A stretch of 64,000 bases of DNA, from positions 8,990,001 to 9,054,000 of the forward strand of contig OZ024754.1 in the NCBI GenBank assembly GCA_964016885.1. The letters run 5' to 3'. A program made the position numbers and the translations under genes. This stretch comes from Eledone cirrhosa. Its lineage: Eukaryota. Below the pieces are notes generated by a model that made no database searches, was not told the origin of the DNA, and saw nothing but the letters and a program-made list of their open reading frames with translations. This document shows positions 63,999-64,000 of this stretch, in pieces (positions within the stretch are counted from its first letter, which is position 1; the number at the start of each line of letters is the position of its first letter).

Positions 63999-64000
63999 GT

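Larger units (their letters stand above)
61960..64000 (-). mobile_element. Penelope-like retroelement, 3' portion, next to a (TA)n tract; continues beyond the window
   Basis: GIY-YIG endonuclease C-terminus at 63576-63998, AT-rich trailer, terminal hammerhead motif at 62087-62152. Continuity across the low-complexity middle is inferred. Confidence 0.75.

Overview
AT-rich eukaryotic DNA, most likely octopus (inferred from the [16 protein letters not shown] finger signature and the SINE families). Bases 1-~61950 are a head-to-tail segmental duplication of about 7.4 units of 7-10 kb, with a shared anchor at 1, 6951, 17110, 27268, 35518, 43444, 50602 and 58917. Each of the 7 complete units carries one + strand C2H2 zinc-finger ORF with no recognisable effector domain. 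The 84-bp finger repeats are re-shuffled between copies. Two copies run uninterrupted to the shared terminal stop (16 and 17 fingers); five are cut short by a nonsense change or a 2-bp deletion and trail relic fingers. The spacers hold an RTE-LINE 3' fragment, SINEs, hairpin MITEs sitting in (TA)n and, in units 2 and 3, a non-autonomous Helitron. The last unit is interrupted at a (TA)n tract by a minus-strand Penelope-like retroelement whose GIY-YIG endonuclease C-terminus (63576-63998) is missing from the ORF track. I also found several type I hammerhead ribozyme motifs by eye: intact cores at 46041-46100 (+) and 62087-62152 (-), and core-mutated relics at 11263-11313 (-) and 11739-11804 (+), repeated in unit 3. 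All structures were read manually and element boundaries are approximate.
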